This document shows positions 1 to 13,474 of a DNA stretch of 64,000 bases, piece after piece. Origin of the DNA: Fimicolochytrium jonesii (lineage: Eukaryota); the NCBI RefSeq assembly GCF_025526975.1, contig NW_026515703.1, positions 1 through 64,000 on the forward strand, read 5' to 3'. Within the stretch, counting starts at the first letter, position 1. Each line of letters opens with the position of its first letter. Below the pieces are notes generated by a model, which searched no databases, had not been told where the DNA came from, and saw nothing but the letters and a program-made list of their open reading frames with translations. A program made the position numbers and the translations under genes.

Positions 1-1171
1 CACAGTGGACGGCTCCATTCCGTGTGCGGAATGGGTTAAAGCAGTATTTCCCACGACTTGACCGGAGCAAGTTCGCACGATAGCGTAACGCAGGTTGCGG
101 AGGTAACACAGCCAAGAACAAGCTGTGCAAGAGAACGAGAGTGAAAGCCTGACGGTTACTGAAGGATCTCTCGCTCGAAGTACTCTACTTTCTGATTGAA
201 TTGCTATCTGCGTTGCTTTTCCAGTGAGGAGGAAAGAAAAGAACGAACTTGAAGGCCTTTAGATACTACGGCCGTGCCCGCAACACAAATGGGTCACGTG
301 GCTCCACGTGCACCCCACTTCCTGGGCATTGCCCATTACGCTGGGGGCCTAATAGTGACTAAAGTGGAGATAACGGCGGGGGGCGACTTAAGACTTTCTC
401 ATCAGGTTGATGAAGGCAAACAAACAAACGCTCCCTGTCCATCCATCTCCCTGATGACACGGCTCGACAGAGGGAGGGCGTGCTGGCGGGCGTGGGTCCT
501 CCTCACACACTCGGCTCTTTACTCACTCACTCACACGATTCACACCACACACGGGCACCCGCACCAGGCAGGCAGGCAGGCAGGCACCCGACCCGCACGG
601 CGCAACATGGCGGGTCATATTATAGGCCGACGGAGGCCTCCCCACACACACACAGGCAGACAGACAGACAACCGTTCCCCCCACGCCCTCCCTCCTTCCC
701 TTACCAGCACACAGCACAACAGACACATTTACCCCCCTCCTCACATTACCCACATTATCTGAAGCTACCTCAGATAGCACGCAGCCTACCGCAGTTCCCC
801 ACGCACCTACTGTACTTGCTGTACCGTACGCACTCACCTTTTCCCCCCACGGACTTGTACTGTGTCTTCCCAGGACATTGTTCTTCTTCCTTTCTTGTTT
901 GATTGAGGGAGCTGCTTTCGTCTTCCACTTACAGTAGCAGCCAGCCCTCGCTGACTCTTTCTCGATCATTTCTACTGGTTGACTATCTTCGTTGAGGTCT
1001 ATAGACTGGTGAAGGGAACTGTCTTTTCCCCACGTCGTCCGTCAACAGGTGTGGTTCGTAAATGCGTTGAGCAATTTTCCCACGGTCTGTCCACGCTCAT
1101 ACAATTCTCTTTCCCATAAAGACAGAGGGACTTTCTATTGCGTCCCCCTCTCGCTCTATACGTCTACCACC

Positions 1172-2833
1172 ATGTCATATTCACGCTCCCGACCAAGCAG
1201 CAAGGAGAAGGGGTCGTCCATTTTGAGCGTCGATGAACATAAGTATAGGGCGTTGAAGCGTAAGGTATGATAGATAGCACCGCCTATGTTCAGATTTCTT
1301 GGGGGTATCATGATTTCTTACGCTGTGTATTCGCTCCTCTTCCGTCCCCACAATAATCATAAAAGATGAGAGATGTGCTGGATGTAAGTTATCACCCGTC
1401 CTATGGTTTTAGACAGCTTTGGTAGTAGCATCTTGTTGACTTCTCCATGTTTACCCTTACCCATCCAGGAACACGATCACTTGACGGCCAAGTTGAAAAA
1501 GGCCAAGTATGAGATTACATATCTGAAGCAGACTACCGAGTACGCAAAGCCATTCTCTCCTAATGAGATTCTATTGTCTGCCTGCGCGGGATGCTAATCA
1601 GAAGAGTGTCTCTTTTTGACTTAGTATCCTGCTCGATCGATTGATGACATATGAAGATGCAAGCTCCTCGTCTGGATCGGACTCGGATCTTTCGTCATCG
1701 TTTGATAGCGATTCGGATTCTATGGACACCGATGCGTCGATGAGTCTTGCTCGGAACAATAACCACACCCATGCCCAAACAAACCCGCGCTCTATCATCG
1801 AAACAGAGCAACCAGAAGCCACCCCATCCATCGTCACCAAATCAAGAGCGCGCCCAGCGTCCAAAAGATACGTGCCCGTCAAGCTCCGCAAAGTGCAACC
1901 CGTGCCGCGCGACGAGTCGGGAAAGCCGATCGTTCCGTTCAAGAGCGGGATCATCACTGTGCATCAGCTGGGCGAGGTGGTGTATGACCGGAAGAACTTT
2001 CATAGTGAGAGGTATATCTATCCTGTTGGATATGTTTCTTCCAGGTGAGTTGCGCAATGGACTTGGTAACTTCAACTGCGGCGTCAAGAAGACTAACCCC
2101 CTTCCCTAACTCCCTCCCACCACCAGAAACTACGCAAGCATGGTCTCCCCTACCAAATCCACCCGCTACGTCTGCTCCATCCTCGACTCGGGCGCCGACG
2201 GCCCGCGCTTTCAAATCGTCCCCGACGATGCGCCCCAAAACATCATCACAGCGCAATCAGCCACCGGCGCATGGACAGCAGTCCTTAAAGGCGCGAACGC
2301 CGTCCGGAATCGCGAAAACAGTGCGAGCGCCTCTGGGCCAGAGTATTTTGGGTTCTCGCATCCGACGGTGCAGAGTTTGATACAGGAGTTACCGGGGGTG
2401 GAGAGGTGTGCGAATTATGTGAGGCAGGAGTATGAGCGGGCGCAGATGGCTGGGAATGGACGTGGGAAGGAGAAGGCCGGCGGCGCCGATCAGACGGGTA
2501 ACACCGGCGTCACTCTCACCGCTTACCACAACGGGAAACGACACGTCAAAAACGGTATCCCCGACCTCATCAACCGGCACCATACCCCCCCAACCACAGC
2601 CATCCCCCACAACACACGCCAAACAACACCTGGCTTTGGGACCCCTCCCATCAGAAACAAGCTCCACCCCCTCCTCCTCCCCACTCCCAATCGCATCAGA
2701 ATCATCCCTCCTATCCGACGACGACGCAAGATCTGATAGTTTACCGCCTGGGTGGAGCTTGGAGGAGGGAGGGGAGGATGCGATGTTGACGGCGTTGAGG
2801 AGGATTACCGGGGAGAGTTTGGGTGGGAAGTAG
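1172..2833 (+). CDS. FYR-domain (FYRN/FYRC) chromatin protein, TBRG1-like, multi-exon
   Basis: Motifs LGEVVYDRKNFHSERYIYPVGYVSSR (FYRN) and SATGAWTAVL...SGPEYFGFSHPTVQSLIQELPG (FYRC), with GT-AG introns. The 3' end is uncertain (2736 or 2833) because a frame change near 2470 is needed. Confidence 0.75.
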
Positions 2834-5454
2834 GTGGGGACTTTTTGGCGGTGGGGGGGGTGTGGGGCTTGGTTGGGGCTGGTGGATGTGGTGAGGATGG
2901 TTAGGGAGGGACCGCTGGCGCGGGAGATGTGGTGAGAGGATTTTGATTTGGTTGATTGTGAAAGAAAAAGCTACTGTAGATCTGTCTCTCTCAGTCTGTT
3001 GTGTATCATGTGCATGTGCAAATGTGTACACTGCTTGTACATAATTGCTGGGTTGTGTGTGTGAATCCTGTACCCCGAAGAAGGGGGCCAAAAGCGAGGA
3101 GAGGAAGAAGGGCGGGCGGAACGCGTCAACATTCCCCCCCCCCCCCCCCCCCTCCCCCCTCCGATCACCAGCCCTGGGTCAAGCTGCATAGGTGAAAAGG
3201 AACCCAGAAGGAACAACGTGCCAGCTGGTCCCATATGGCGTACGCACTGACTGGGTGTCCAAGCTCGGCCTCTCGAGTATCATCGCGGGAAAGATCTGCC
3301 GCGGCGCTGTTCACGATCATCGGATTTCCGAAGAACCCGACATCGCTCCCTCGACTCCACGCCCTGCATCCCAGTAGGCCAGTTTCCTCAGTCCACGGGG
3401 GAATATGTGAATGCGATTGGCGACATAGAATGATGTAATCGTCTCCTTCCTCTTCTTTAAACTCCTCAAAACAACTGTAGCGGCGGCCCACCCTTCCCTT
3501 ATTCCAGGCTTCGTAAAGATCGTCCTCGAAGTCCTTAGTCTTCATCCACCCAATAAATCCGAACGGTGTGTTTGGCGAGGAGTTCACAAGTGTCTGAGAG
3601 CACCTGGTCGGAAAGATGGCGAAGTATGCTCAATCATCTGTCCCTTTTGTTGACATACAAAGGCCACAAGCTCGTTTGTGGCGAGGTTGTGGAGGGTCGG
3701 GATACTGGTAGACATTGCTCACTTCGTAAATAAGGAAGGGAAGGTGAAAGGAAAAAGGTTGCTGAAAGACGAAGAGTGGTGTTTTGACCACCATGCGGGG
3801 CCTGGCCACCTAAAGAACAACAACCTCCAATAACTGCTCGACAGGCCACAACAGCCACCCTGGGCTGTACCACCGACAGATTCACAAATTCCCATGTGGT
3901 GCCGGCACAGTGACGCCTCATTACGCTTCATTTTGCGGCTCCGCAGTCATGCATTGAGAATGGTACTGAACTCAGAACTGTCCCGATTTGCGAAGGCTAA
4001 CTGACAGGTGCGGTCGACTGACAGGTACTGTCAAAGACTGCTCACCTCATGAACCGCATCCTCGTGCGGTGACTGCCAGAAGCCTGCCGGCTGTACGACC
4101 CTTTTCAAATCGTCTGCCAGGACGTAGAGCTTGTCATCCTTGCTTATTTCAGTCAGATTGTGAGTTTCCGATGTCATGATGGGGAATTCGGCGGTATGAC
4201 GCCTCCTTTTATAGTTTTTTCGTGATGCGCTTTCCTGCCCCGGCTGGATTGAAAGTCACAGCCGCTCTGACATGACACTGTGCGCCGCTCGACCGAACTC
4301 ATACTGGTAATGTACTTTTGACGACCGAAGTCTTATTCTGCGCCGCTCGACCGAAAAGCCCGGGTTAAGCCCGGGTTAGCCCGGAATCGGTGTGGAGCGC
4401 AAGTTGTAAAACGCACCACTTTCCTCGACGCCGTAAAGGTACATCTCATGCGAGAAGGCTGAGGCAATGAAAACCCGGGTCCCCGTTACGGCAATATTGA
4501 AGCTGTGCATGTCTGATGTTGCATCATGTTGCATTGAAGATATTGCCACTTGTTATGATTCAGAACTACGTGAACTTTTCATACAAACAATGATTAATCT
4601 CTATCTGTTGTACATAGCACGGCGCAGGGGTAACAACCGTTTGAGACGGGGAAGGGTAAGAACTATAGCTATACGAGAATCAACGACGCCTGCATTCAAC
4701 CAAGATCATTGCTCTGGGAGATGTAAGACGCAGCGGAGCAGATTCCGGCGACACCGCATTGGTCTCTGCCGGTGCCGCCTTTGCGCCACTTCACCCGTCC
4801 ACAGTAATCACTTCCTTGGCCAACTTCGCTTTACTCGGGGATGACGCCGAGCGAGGCGACCGCGGTGCCGATTTCGGCTCAGACGGATTGGCGAGGGTCC
4901 CGAAGCGCTCAGCGCCGAAGTCCTGGTCCTCAACAATGTAGTGCGATCGCTTGAGTCGATTGCTGGGAGTGTAATCACGGAGTGACCCTCAGCTGCTGAG
5001 ACGGTCTTGACGACATTTGAGGATGCTCTGTCTGTCGGCATAGGACATCTTGACCGCGCACCCTTCTCGGCCGTCACTGGGAGGTTTGAAGGGCCGCCAT
5101 CGAGGGAACCCCAAGCCCATCGGTGAATCAGACGTCGCTGCGGCTGTTATTCTGCGCGGAAGGCTGTTATTCCGCGCCGAACGCGTCGGAAACTTCAATT
5201 GTCTGCGACGTTTCTCGCCCCAACGGCGTTCATCGCGACAAACGGATGCGGCATCATACGAATATGCGCTCCTCACGCTTCTCTCCTCATTCAGCAAATG
5301 TCTTGTATAAGGTACTGTAACATAGTAACATGGTCATTCGCTCTCTGAACAAAGTGATTTACTAAACAGGTTCAGGTATATGTCTTCCATGTCTTCTATA
5401 TAAGAGTGCAAAGTTGACAAACGTCGGGAACCACCTTGCCGAGCACAGAGCCGC

Positions 5455-7314
5455 TCAGGCGGCATCCACACGCTTGAAAAAGTCCTGACACCCCGGCCCC
5501 GGTTCATCACAGATTTTAACCATATTCCCATCCAGCACAAAGTAGTATCCCTGGACGGCAGTCGAGTTGGCGTCGACTTTGGCGGTGAACATGAACGGAG
5601 GGAGAGCAGGCGCGCCTTTTCCGATAAGGCTCATTGATGTCGTTGGACCGCCGGCTGGCGCATATAAAGTGCCTGTCATGAACTTGCGCCGTTCGCCGAC
5701 CGCCATGGTCAGATTTCCTTGCGCGTCTACACCGACGAGCATTTTGCCCATGATGCGTGACTGAAACTCGCCCGTATAAGCGGAAGTGGGGAGAGGGAGT
5801 GGGCCAGGTTGGGGGAATGGTCGACTTGCGGGCACTGCAGGGCAATCGTGCTTGGGCTCGCCAAGTTCCGCTGTTCCGAGGACGGCGTCGAATGCGGTTG
5901 CGCATGCCTCTTCGCGGAAACAGTTGCGCGTATTGTCCGCGCTCGACAGCACGGCCACTGCGAGGTTGGCTTCCGGGAGAAGACAGAGATTAGAGGCGTA
6001 GCCCAGGTTGTTGCCGCCGTGCAAGTAGAACGTGTAGTTGCGCCACTGGCCCTTGAACAGTCCGAACGTATCTGAACGCGGAGATGCACAAACAGCGGGA
6101 AGCGATGTGGTCAGTATCAGTTGCATAATGCCAAGCCAGATGTTTCGTCACGACACTCACAGCTCAAGTCCGACGTATTGTGACCATGCAACAACTCCGA
6201 GTGATACAGTTCTTCAAGCTTTGTGTCAAAGCGCATTTGGGGGTCGCGGAACGGTTGGAAAACCTTCGAGCCAATAGCAAGCGGATCGGCATCCCCTCGG
6301 AAGGTCTGCAGCAAGGCGCGTGCATACTTTGCAAAGTCTCTGACGGATGTGGAGATGGCGCCCGCTGATTCTACTTGCAACACGACATCTTCGATGCGGT
6401 CGGTGTCGGTGGACTGCCCGAGGCTGCGATCAGGCATCTCCATGAATTCCGCCATCGTTGCCCTGGTGGCGCTCAAATGGAGCGGGACGAAAATATCCTG
6501 GCGTATCTGCGCTGCCCAATCGGCGTGGCCTGTCGCTTTCGCCGTAAGATAGCCCGCAAGACCAAACATTGCGTTGCTGTACTGGAAGCGTGTACGGAGG
6601 GGTGCGGATGGCGGGATATTCTTTTGATGTTGCAGAAATGACTCGGTTGTGTTCCATGCGAGGAGGACGGGGATGTTGCCAGCTACGCCCTGCCCAACGA
6701 AGCGCGTCGAGTGAGCTTCCATCTTCACAAACGACTTGTTACCCGCGTATATACTCACCGTTCGATGGGAAAGGAGGTCCGCGAGAGTTACATTTCTATC
6801 AGTGTCCGGATCCCAAAAGCCGGGGTAGTTGGGCCAGAATTCATGAACGTACTCCTGCAAAGGGGTGTCCCAATGCATCTGCCCTTTGGCAACAGCGCGT
6901 GCAGCACCTAGCGCGGTGAAAGACTAATGACGAGGAAGGTTCAGTTTCTATGCCTGGACACCACATTCATCCCAGTGAGATCTGGACACCACATTCATCC
7001 CAGCGAGATCTCACCTTAGTTACAGATCCCATCAAGAACGATGTGTCAATGGTAACCGGTTGGGTCTTTGCAATGTCCTTGTGCCCAAGTGCTCGCAGCC
7101 AGGTACGACCTTCATGAACGACTGCGACGGATGCGCCGTGCACATCCAGCTTTTCACGCAAGGCATTCAGTTGTTCAGTGAGGGGTTGCGCCCAGGACGG
7201 ATCGTGAGGATCGAGAGCGGCCACGTCGACAGGAAGCGCTAAAGCTGATTTTCCAATTAGCGCGACGGTGCATGAAAGCACGGCGGCGGCGGTTGTTGTT
7301 TTGATGATGAACAT
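5455..7314 (-). CDS. Secreted serine beta-lactamase-like hydrolase (AmpC/PBP fold), multi-exon
   Basis: Signal peptide, SxxK (FLMGSVTK), LLSHRT, FQYSN (YxN) and HGG motifs. The exons can be joined with GT-AG introns. Confidence 0.85.
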
Positions 7315-8650
7315 TGCTGCTGATCGGAAGCGAACGGATCTGAAGTAAGCTTTGAGGAGTGAAGGGGACCGAGGAATGAAGTGATGTGTTGAGGACTATG
7401 AAGCGAACGACAGGGATTGCAAGTGGCTGCAGCTGCTCTTATACACATCCCTTTGCGCGAAAATAATCTTGTTTCATACCCGCCGTCATGGAAGGTTGAT
7501 GCATTCCTTGTCGGCGATGCCAGACAGGACTTTTCCAGTCTTGGCCTTCTTGGCACAAGCCACGCCGCTTGACCCCGCCATTCCACTGGATTACCGACAA
7601 TTGAGCCTGCTCTTGGCTAGAGGCTATGCTCCAACCCCACCATAATTACGATGCACGTTCGCATTTCGTGCGAAAAGAAACGCGAGATGTCATGGACGGC
7701 GGCAGCGCGAAACTGAACGCGTGCGGTTTCGCCGTGAAACGACTACGGTCAGGTCGCACATCCCACAGACTCATCAGATTCACAACACAGTTGAACAGGT
7801 CGTAGGGTTTCCCTCGTTTTCAGCCTTCTTGGCACCGGCGGTCAGACCTGTCACAAATATGAAGCCCGAACTGTGCGCAGTTGACTGTCGCGCATGTAAC
7901 CCTAACTGTAAGTTATTGCGCGCGGAGGGCTGTGATTGTGCTCGAGGAACGTAGTCCTCTAGAGTGTATGGACGAGGAGGAGGTTGCTGAGTAAGCTTCC
8001 CTATTTTTCTTCTCGAGTGTTTGTAAATAACAAGTGTAGCCGTAGATTCCTTCCCTTTCCCTTTTATCTTTTGAGCTATCGAGTGCTATGACTGAAGGCC
8101 ACGGTAGGGAGGGAGGGATGGCTCGAAGAAGATGAACTAGTTATCGGGAGCGCAGAGCGCATTAAGGACCTAATGTCTAGGGAAACCCGTAAACCCTCCC
8201 GCGCCGGTGGTAGACCAGGTTCAAAGGTTGGTGCGACACCCGATGAGGGCATGTAGCGTGACGAATCTCCACTTGGTACTTTCTGCCCGCCGTCGCGGCG
8301 ATGCCCTTCACGTCCGCTTCAACGTATAGCTCTTTGCATATGGCTGCAAGACGGATGACCCAACATGGTAAAGTGTCTAAGTGAGTCCCATCCACAGGAA
8401 CTCCTCGTGTACGCCAAAAAAAGACTCCTCGGACGGCGCGACGGAAGGCAGACGCATCAATCGCCCGCTTATGACCGTCCTTTGAGCAATCTTGACCCCA
8501 GGTTTCCAACACCCTCTGCTTCGCTAGTCGTGAATTCTCAGATGGTTTCGCGTAGAACTGACCTTTGTGGGTCTTATCCATCTGAGCCGAATCACGACTT
8601 TTAGGCTTATCAAGGCTTGTGAGTTGTGACCAGATCAGTCGAATCCCTTC

Positions 8651-9587
8651 TCAGTTGGTATACCCCTTCAGCGCCATGGTTCCTATGACAATGGCAAGCA
8701 AGTCATCTGCGTGTGATGGTGGTGCTGCTAGCGCGGAACCCTTTTTCCCTTTAACATTGCCATTGCTGCCGTTCGCACCGGTCTTATAGATCTACATAGG
8801 AAAAGATTAGCACAGGGGTGTCCTACTGATTGGTGAATTTGGGTCAACCCACCTTGGTCACGACATCTAGGTCCACCAATTGGCCAATCCTCTCAATTCC
8901 AGTCCTGCGTCCCTTGATCAGCTCCTCCAGCTTTCGATGCACTTCTGCTTGCTCCTCATCCACACCAGGCACCCCAGCATCACCGATTGTCACCGCAATC
9001 AAGGATGTCGGAGCGGTATCTGAGATCCCAAACGAGCGCAGCGCATCAGAGATGTTGTTTGTTGGTGAGAGATTGAATATGACCTCAGAGTATAGTGTGC
9101 GCGTGCGCATCGAGGACGACGACTGAGCTAGCAGTGCTTTGAGGGCGCTGAGCTGCAGGAGGGTTTTGTCCAAGATCTGTCCCATGGGAAAAGTATTGCG
9201 TCAGTCTTGAACTTGCGACATTTCACAGCAAGGCATTTCTGTGGCGAGACAGTCACTCACCGCAGCTCCGTTGAGTAGAACACAGTTTGGCACAACGCCG
9301 CTCCCGGACACAATGAACTGCTTCGATTCCTTTGCATTCACCACGTCCTCAAAGACAGAGACATACAGCTGTGCCTGGCCCCTGGAGACGGATATGTAGG
9401 CCAGGCCAGAACCGTCTTGGGTGTCGTTGCCATTGTTGTCAGACGGCGGGAGGGAGGAGATGGGCTGGAGCGGTAACGACGGCGGTGGAGCGCCAGTTGG
9501 CGGGGCCGAGTCTGCGGTTGATGTGGACGGGAAGAGAGCGCCCAGCGGGATAATGGCGTAGGGCGATGCGGCTGCAGCTGTGTACAT
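8651..9587 (-). CDS. CGI121: KEOPS/EKC complex subunit Cgi121 (TPRKB)
   Basis: TRTLYSEVIFNLSPTNNISDALRSFGIS signature. The last exon ends LLAIVIGTMALKGYTN* at 8651. Confidence 0.85.
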
Positions 9588-9971
9588 TGTTCGAAGTAAG
9601 CGAAGAGTGCGGTATTGGGGTAGATCTTGCTACATATGTACATATGATGGCGTGTGAGCAAAACAGCAATGGATCGTTGTCCAAAGGAAAGAGCCAGCGT
9701 GAGATGTCGCCCTTGGAAGTTGGGGACGAGTTTCTGCGAACGCCCAATGTCAAACGCTACGACAAAAACATTGCCCATATACATGCAACTGGCCACTAGC
9801 GCAACACACGTTGTGAGACGATATCTTCCCTCTGCATACATTGCATATATCCACAAGAGCATAGCAGTCCCGGCGGCAGCTCAACATCATATCAAGCTTT
9901 CTCACCTTCACAACACCACCACCATCCCCGTTCCCACTCAACCGCTCATCCCCACTCGAACAACATCCAAA

Positions 9972-12900
9972 ATGGACACCCTGGACAAATGGGTCTCAGA
10001 GAAACTCTCCGAACGCCTCGGCATGAACAAAGCCGAGCTTGAGCAGGTCACGTCGTACCTCATGTCTATGCAATCACCTGATGAATGTGTAGGGTTCCTC
10101 ATGGTGCGTGTCACACATTTCGAGTGATCTATAGAGTTGGAGGGTGTGTTTTCTTATCGCTTACGGCTTGTGACGAATTTTCAGGGCATGGTGGGCGACG
10201 ACGCGACGGCGCTAGCGTTTATCGAGGAGTTCAATGAGCGGAGGTTTCCGAAGTTTGCGGCGAAGGGGGTGTGGAATGCGCCGTTGAAGGCGGAGGTTCG
10301 GAAGGGGGTTCATGGGGTAGGTATCCCTTTTTCTCAACCTGATGTGGAATAATTTGCGAAGGGCGCCGGTGGGCTGATTGGAGAAAAACCTTGTTTGCAG
10401 CCGGATCAGGCGGCGAAGAATGCATTGGGCGGGTACAGGAAGGCGAAGGAGGAGGAGGATTACATCGTCGGGTAAGTCTCGACTCTCCAACCGCCCATAT
10501 GTTGATGGCGTAGTATTGCAGCTTTAACGAGTTTTCCAATGTCTCAGCAAAGCGAGCACTCGAAACGACATCTCGCATGCACCACCGCCGAATGCTGCAA
10601 GCGAAGGCACGCTATTAAGCGACAAGATCGGCGGCGCAGGGCCTAGACCTGCCGATGCATCGCGAAGTCCGCGTGCTGCTACTGGGAAGGCAAAGCAGAA
10701 GAAAGGGAAGGATGTCTCTGCTGCTTTGGATGAACTGGATCGGATGGTCAAGGTTGGGAAGGCGCCGCCGGGGTATGCTGGGAGGGTCGTCTGTGAATGT
10801 TTGGGTAGGTCGTATGTGAGGCTTCCAGTCCATGTTGGCCGTGATGGGAGACTAACAGTGGGCAATAAATCTCAGCGGCAGTCCACGGTCTAGTCACCAA
10901 CTGCATCACATGCGGCAAGATCGTCTGCCGTCTCGAAGGCGAAGGCCCCTGCCCCTGCTGTGGCAGCGACGTCCAATCCAAACAACAGCAATTCGAGCTC
11001 CTCCAAGAACGCGCCTCCTCAGCTCCCTCCAAAGCCGGCCAAAAAACCAAAGCCCGCGCCGGCAAAGACGCTTACACCAACGCCCGCTACGGCCGCGCCG
11101 CAGGCGCCCAGATCCCGTCCGTCGCAGCGTCCAAGATCGCAGCGATGCCTACCCCCGACAACGCTGCGCAGTTCCCGACCCTCATGTCCGACGAAGCCCG
11201 CGACTCGCTCCGCCGCGCCGAGCAGCAGACCGAACGTTTACTCGACTATCAGCGCAACAGCGTCGCGCGAACTAAAGTGTTTGACCAGGCGAGCGATTTC
11301 AGCTACGAGGACGCGGCGGCGAACAAGTGGCTGAGTTTGGAGGAACGCGCGTTGGCGACGAAGCGGTTGCAGGAGCAGCGGAGGGTGGAGGAGGAGCAGA
11401 AGCGGAGGAGGGTTATTACGATCGATTTGAAGGGGAGGAGGGTGGTGGCGGAGAAGGCGCCGGTGCATGTGCCGGATATGGATTTCTCGTCTGCTGCTTC
11501 TTCTGCGAGGAAAGCTGCTGCTGAAACCGGTATGTACAGTGGGTGAATCTTGTCTGCCGCGTCGATTATCCTGATTGGCTAATGTTGTTGGACCAACTGT
11601 TTATGGACATCGCAGAAGAAGAGATTACGGATTTCACAGGCCTAGGCAATTTCTACAACCCCTCCCTTGGGGCCGATGCGCCGCGTTTTATCCCTACTTC
11701 CTCCCACCAATCCTCCGCAAAGTCTTCCAAAGCAAGCAAAAGCGGCGAGGCAAAGGGGAAAGTACCAATCCAGCGGCGAAAGCGGACAGACTCGGAGCAG
11801 ACGCCCGTCGAAAGCGGACGAGGGAGCGATGACAGGAGACCGATAACGGCTTCGGCAAATTCGGCTGAAAAAGATGATGATGCCGCTGAGAAACCTGCGC
11901 TGTCTTCAAATGCGATACCGGAGAAGCACACCGACAAAAAGACCCGCCCTTCCCGCCGCACCGCGAACGCCGCCTCTCGTAAACCGCAGCTGAAGCGGTT
12001 GCAACACGATCTGGAAGGTTTCGGCGACTGGGGTCATACTGGCGCCGGCGAAGAGGACAGTGTCGGCTTTGAAGATCGGGCGATCCCGAACACAAGGGCA
12101 GAAGACCATGGTGATGAACCCTCATGTGTTGCTCCCAATGGCCGTGGATCCAGTGGAGCAAAGAAGTCCAGCAAGCCTTCCCAAAGTGGAACCGTCACCC
12201 TACCAGACTTCCTAGCGTTTACAAAGGCATTCCTGGCCAAGGCCGGGAAGTCCAAGACCAGACAGCACATCACCATCATAATCGGCAACGAAGCCGCCGA
12301 CCTCGACTCGGTCGTCTGCGCAATCTCGCTCGCCTACCTCCGCGCCCAACAAAAAGGAAAACAAAACACAGTCTACGTCCCCCTAATATCCATTCTCCGA
12401 GCCGACTTCCCGCTCCGCACCGAATGCCCCTTCGCCCTGCACGCCGCCTCGCCCTCCACGGACCTCGTGCCACACCTCACATTCCTCGACGAGATCGATC
12501 TGGACTACCTCGACAAAGCCCATGATGTGCATTTCGTGCTGGTGGATCATAACGCACTGGCACCGACGTTGGAGCGGTTTGCGGGGAGGGTTGTAGGGGT
12601 GGTTGATCATCATGTTGATGAGGGTTTGTATACGGACCAGAAGGGGGATGTGAGGATGGTTAAGGCCGTGGGGAGTGCGACGACGTTGGTTGCCGGTGAA
12701 TGGCGGCGGGCACTTTCTGAGAACGGGAACAGCACCGTCAAACCCACCCTGCTGACCGGACTGGCCATGCTGATGCTCCAAGCGATCCTGATCGATACAG
12801 TCAATCTGGTTGAAGCATACGGCCGCGCGACACCCGAAGATCGGGAGGCTGTGCGGTTCCTTACGCCTTACGCTCGCGGGGATATCACCACCACCATAAC

Positions 12901-13474
12901 ACAGCAGAACGAGCGCGACGAGACGTGGCTTCAACACCTATTCTCAGCCGTACACGCCGCCAAAACGAATATCACGCACCTCTCTACGCCTGATCTGATA
13001 CGGAAGGATTACAAGGGATGGGTTGTTCATCCCACCCCCGGCACCAACAAGACGGCAAAATTGGGGATATCGAGCGTCGGATACCGCATTCAGGGATCGG
13101 GTGGGTGGGCTGCCCGTGAGGGAGGGAAAGGGGAAGATGGCATGAGGAGATTGGTGACGCAGTGTCGCGAGTTTGCGGGGAAGGTGGGGGTTGATGTTTA
13201 TGTGCTTATGACGGCTACCGAAGTCGCCTCATCCTCGGACTCCTCCTCCGCGACGGTGTTCAAACGCGAACTTCTGCTCCTCTTCCCCACGTCTACGGTC
13301 TCGGAACAGCAGCAAACGGAGCTTGTGACGAAGATTGAGGCGTCAACACTTGACCTCGCATTCATCACACAGATCGACGCCGGGGCGAGGTTGTATGAGC
13401 AGCGGAATGTGCGCTCGTCGCGGAAACAGGTCCAGCCGGTTTTTGAGGAGGTTATTAAGGCTGTGTATGCGTAG
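9972..13474 (+). CDS. Rqt4/TRIP4 (ASC-1) zf-C2HC5 protein apparently fused to a DHH-family exopolyphosphatase (Ppx1/Prune)
   Basis: Spliced CECL..HGLVTNCITCGKIVC..EGEGPCPCCG zinc finger and RLLDYQRNSVARTKVFDQASDF. Downstream are GNEAADLDS, LVDHN, VVDHH, GSATTLV, ILIDT and a DHHA2-like C-terminus. Intron 11530-11615 joins the two parts in frame. Confidence 0.75.

Noticed and set aside
274..969. Overlapping ORFs at the window start
   Set aside because: Low-complexity promoter/UTR-like sequence with (CAGG)n and (CA)n microsatellites and no protein motifs.
6954..7009. 28-bp tandem duplication
   Set aside because: Simple local duplication within an intron with no further structure.
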